Positions 62,159 through 64,000 of a stretch of 64,000 nt of DNA are shown one piece after another. A model generated the notes under the pieces. The model was not told where the DNA came from. It did not search any database and worked only from the letters and a program-made list of their open reading frames with translations. The number at the start of each line of letters is the position of its first letter. Within the stretch, counting starts at the first letter, position 1. Source of the stretch: Octopus sinensis (lineage: Eukaryota); assembly GCF_006345805.1 (NCBI RefSeq), contig NC_043011.1:30268464-30332463 (forward strand), given 5' to 3'. Position numbers and translations under genes: made by a program.

Positions 62159-62824
62159 TTACATACATACATGCATACATACATACATACATACATGCAT
62201 ACATACATACATACGTACATACATACATACATGCATGCATACATACATACATACATACATACATACATACATACATACATACATACATACATACATGCAT
62301 GCATACATACATACATGCATGCATGCATGCATACATACATACATACATACATACATACATACATACATACATACATACATACATACGCTGCGCGAAATGC
62401 TGATCTAATATCAAGATATACAGCGTATGACCTTGCAGGTAGAACCCAGTTAGAATTTTCTTCAGGTCGAGTAGGATATCCCACTCAAAAGGTCCCTGAA
62501 TAAGGGTTGTTTAAGGATGTTGAATAAAACACCGATGTTTCCAAAGGTGGATTATCCAAACCCCAAAGAATTCTTCTCAACACATGACTATGATGCTCCC
62601 CCACTACCTCTTTTCGTGGTCAGAGATGCATGTATCGTCAGTCACTAAGGGACATGGTCAACTGGATAAGGTCAAACAACTGACAAATAAATCTGTGGTA
62701 TTGTGCAGAACAATTGTTGTAGCCTATCTTTTATACCAAGACAAAATACTATACAAGATAACATTTCCGATCAGTTAAGATCAAAAGCCATAAGAGCCAC
62801 TGTCTGGTACTGCATCAGGGCGTT

Positions 62825-62913
62825 TATTATTATTATTATTATTATTATTATATTATTATTATTATTACTACTACTACTACTACTACTACTACTATTAATA
62901 ATTATTACTACTG

Positions 62914-62949
<36 letters not shown>

Positions 62950-62984
62950 TTATTATTATTATTATTATTATTAATATCATCATT

Positions 62985-63022
<38 letters not shown>

Positions 63023-63068
63023 TATCATTATTATTATCATTATTATTATCATCATTATTATTATTATT
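62825..63068. repeat. Compound trinucleotide tract (ATT/ACT/ATC)
   Basis: Directly visible; produces poly-Ile/Leu/Thr pseudo-ORFs. Confidence 0.95.
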
Positions 63069-63406
63069 TTTTTTTTTCTTTTTACCTAAGCGTTTTTGCT
63101 CCCAAACCCAGTGTTATGCTTAATAGTTTCATTAACAAAATAACCGGTCCGTACAGCCGTGTCTCGTGAACTGGGCTCACGTGATTTATGAAGCGAATCA
63201 GTTTTGTTGCAAAATGGGAGCACCAGATTATAAACGGGGTCAGGGTTATTACTTAATCACCAATGTTAGGTTGTACTAATATTTTTTATATTGCACGCCA
63301 GTCACTGCATCAGATTTTCAGGATAATAACGATAGTATATCCTTTTCTGTCTGTCTGTCTGTCTGCCTGCCTACCTACCTGCCTGGCTGCCTGCCTGCCT
63401 GCCTGC

Positions 63407-63453
<47 letters not shown>

Positions 63454-63532
63454 CTAACATGTCTGTGTTTTTGCTTGTATTATGGACGTTTCTATGTATA
63501 CAAGCAAGCATATATACATTAATATAAATTTA

Positions 63533-63566
<34 letters not shown>

Positions 63567-63707
63567 CACACACACATAGTCGTAATAAAAATAGAGAAAA
63601 CCTGTGTGTGTGTGTATATATATATATATTATATATATATATATATATATATGTATGGATATATGCATACAATTGAAAAAGTGGAAAAATATGTGTGAAT
63701 ACGTCCA

Positions 63708-63846
<139 letters not shown>

Positions 63847-64000
63847 GTGTCTATCCGATCTTTGGAGTAGATAGATGCATGTACTGGTTTATTTTAAAAA
63901 ATTCTCGCCACTGGGGAAACTGCCGACTTGTAGCGCAGAAAAAGAGATTCATGGTGGGAATATAGACAATATCAAACCAGTATTATAGTTATGTTTGTTT

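Overview
AT-rich, repeat-saturated animal genomic DNA with no recognisable host protein-coding exon. The tRNA-derived SINE families (recognised from memory of octopus repeats, not from a database search) and the microsatellite load suggest an Octopus (coleoid cephalopod) intergenic or intronic interval; this is an inference. There is a 100-N scaffold gap at 59273-59372. The window holds dozens of copies of three tRNA-derived SINE families; fragments of RTE, CR1, Tx1/L1 and R4/Dong-like LINEs; a Mag-type Ty3/gypsy element lacking RT/RNase H; mariner, hAT, pogo and Helentron/DINE-like DNA elements; and many microsatellites. Two things stand out. (1) A Penelope-like element (PLE)/hammerhead-ribozyme assemblage, mostly inserted in (TA)n tracts. 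It includes a ~4.45 kb near-perfect palindrome (18872-23324, 5-nt loop) encoding a Zn-finger plus GIY-YIG endonuclease and carrying a type I hammerhead with an unusually long stem II. It also includes a diverged paralog at 53.2-54.1 kb, an inverted pair of U3-A8 variant hammerheads, a solitary canonical hammerhead and several ~200-bp retrozyme-like units. In total there are about ten hammerhead-like motifs of roughly six sequence types. (2) A 5'-truncated U6 snRNA copy fused directly to a SINE and inserted between the two gag zinc knuckles of the gypsy element. All structures were read by eye; folding, covariance searches and cleavage assays were not run.
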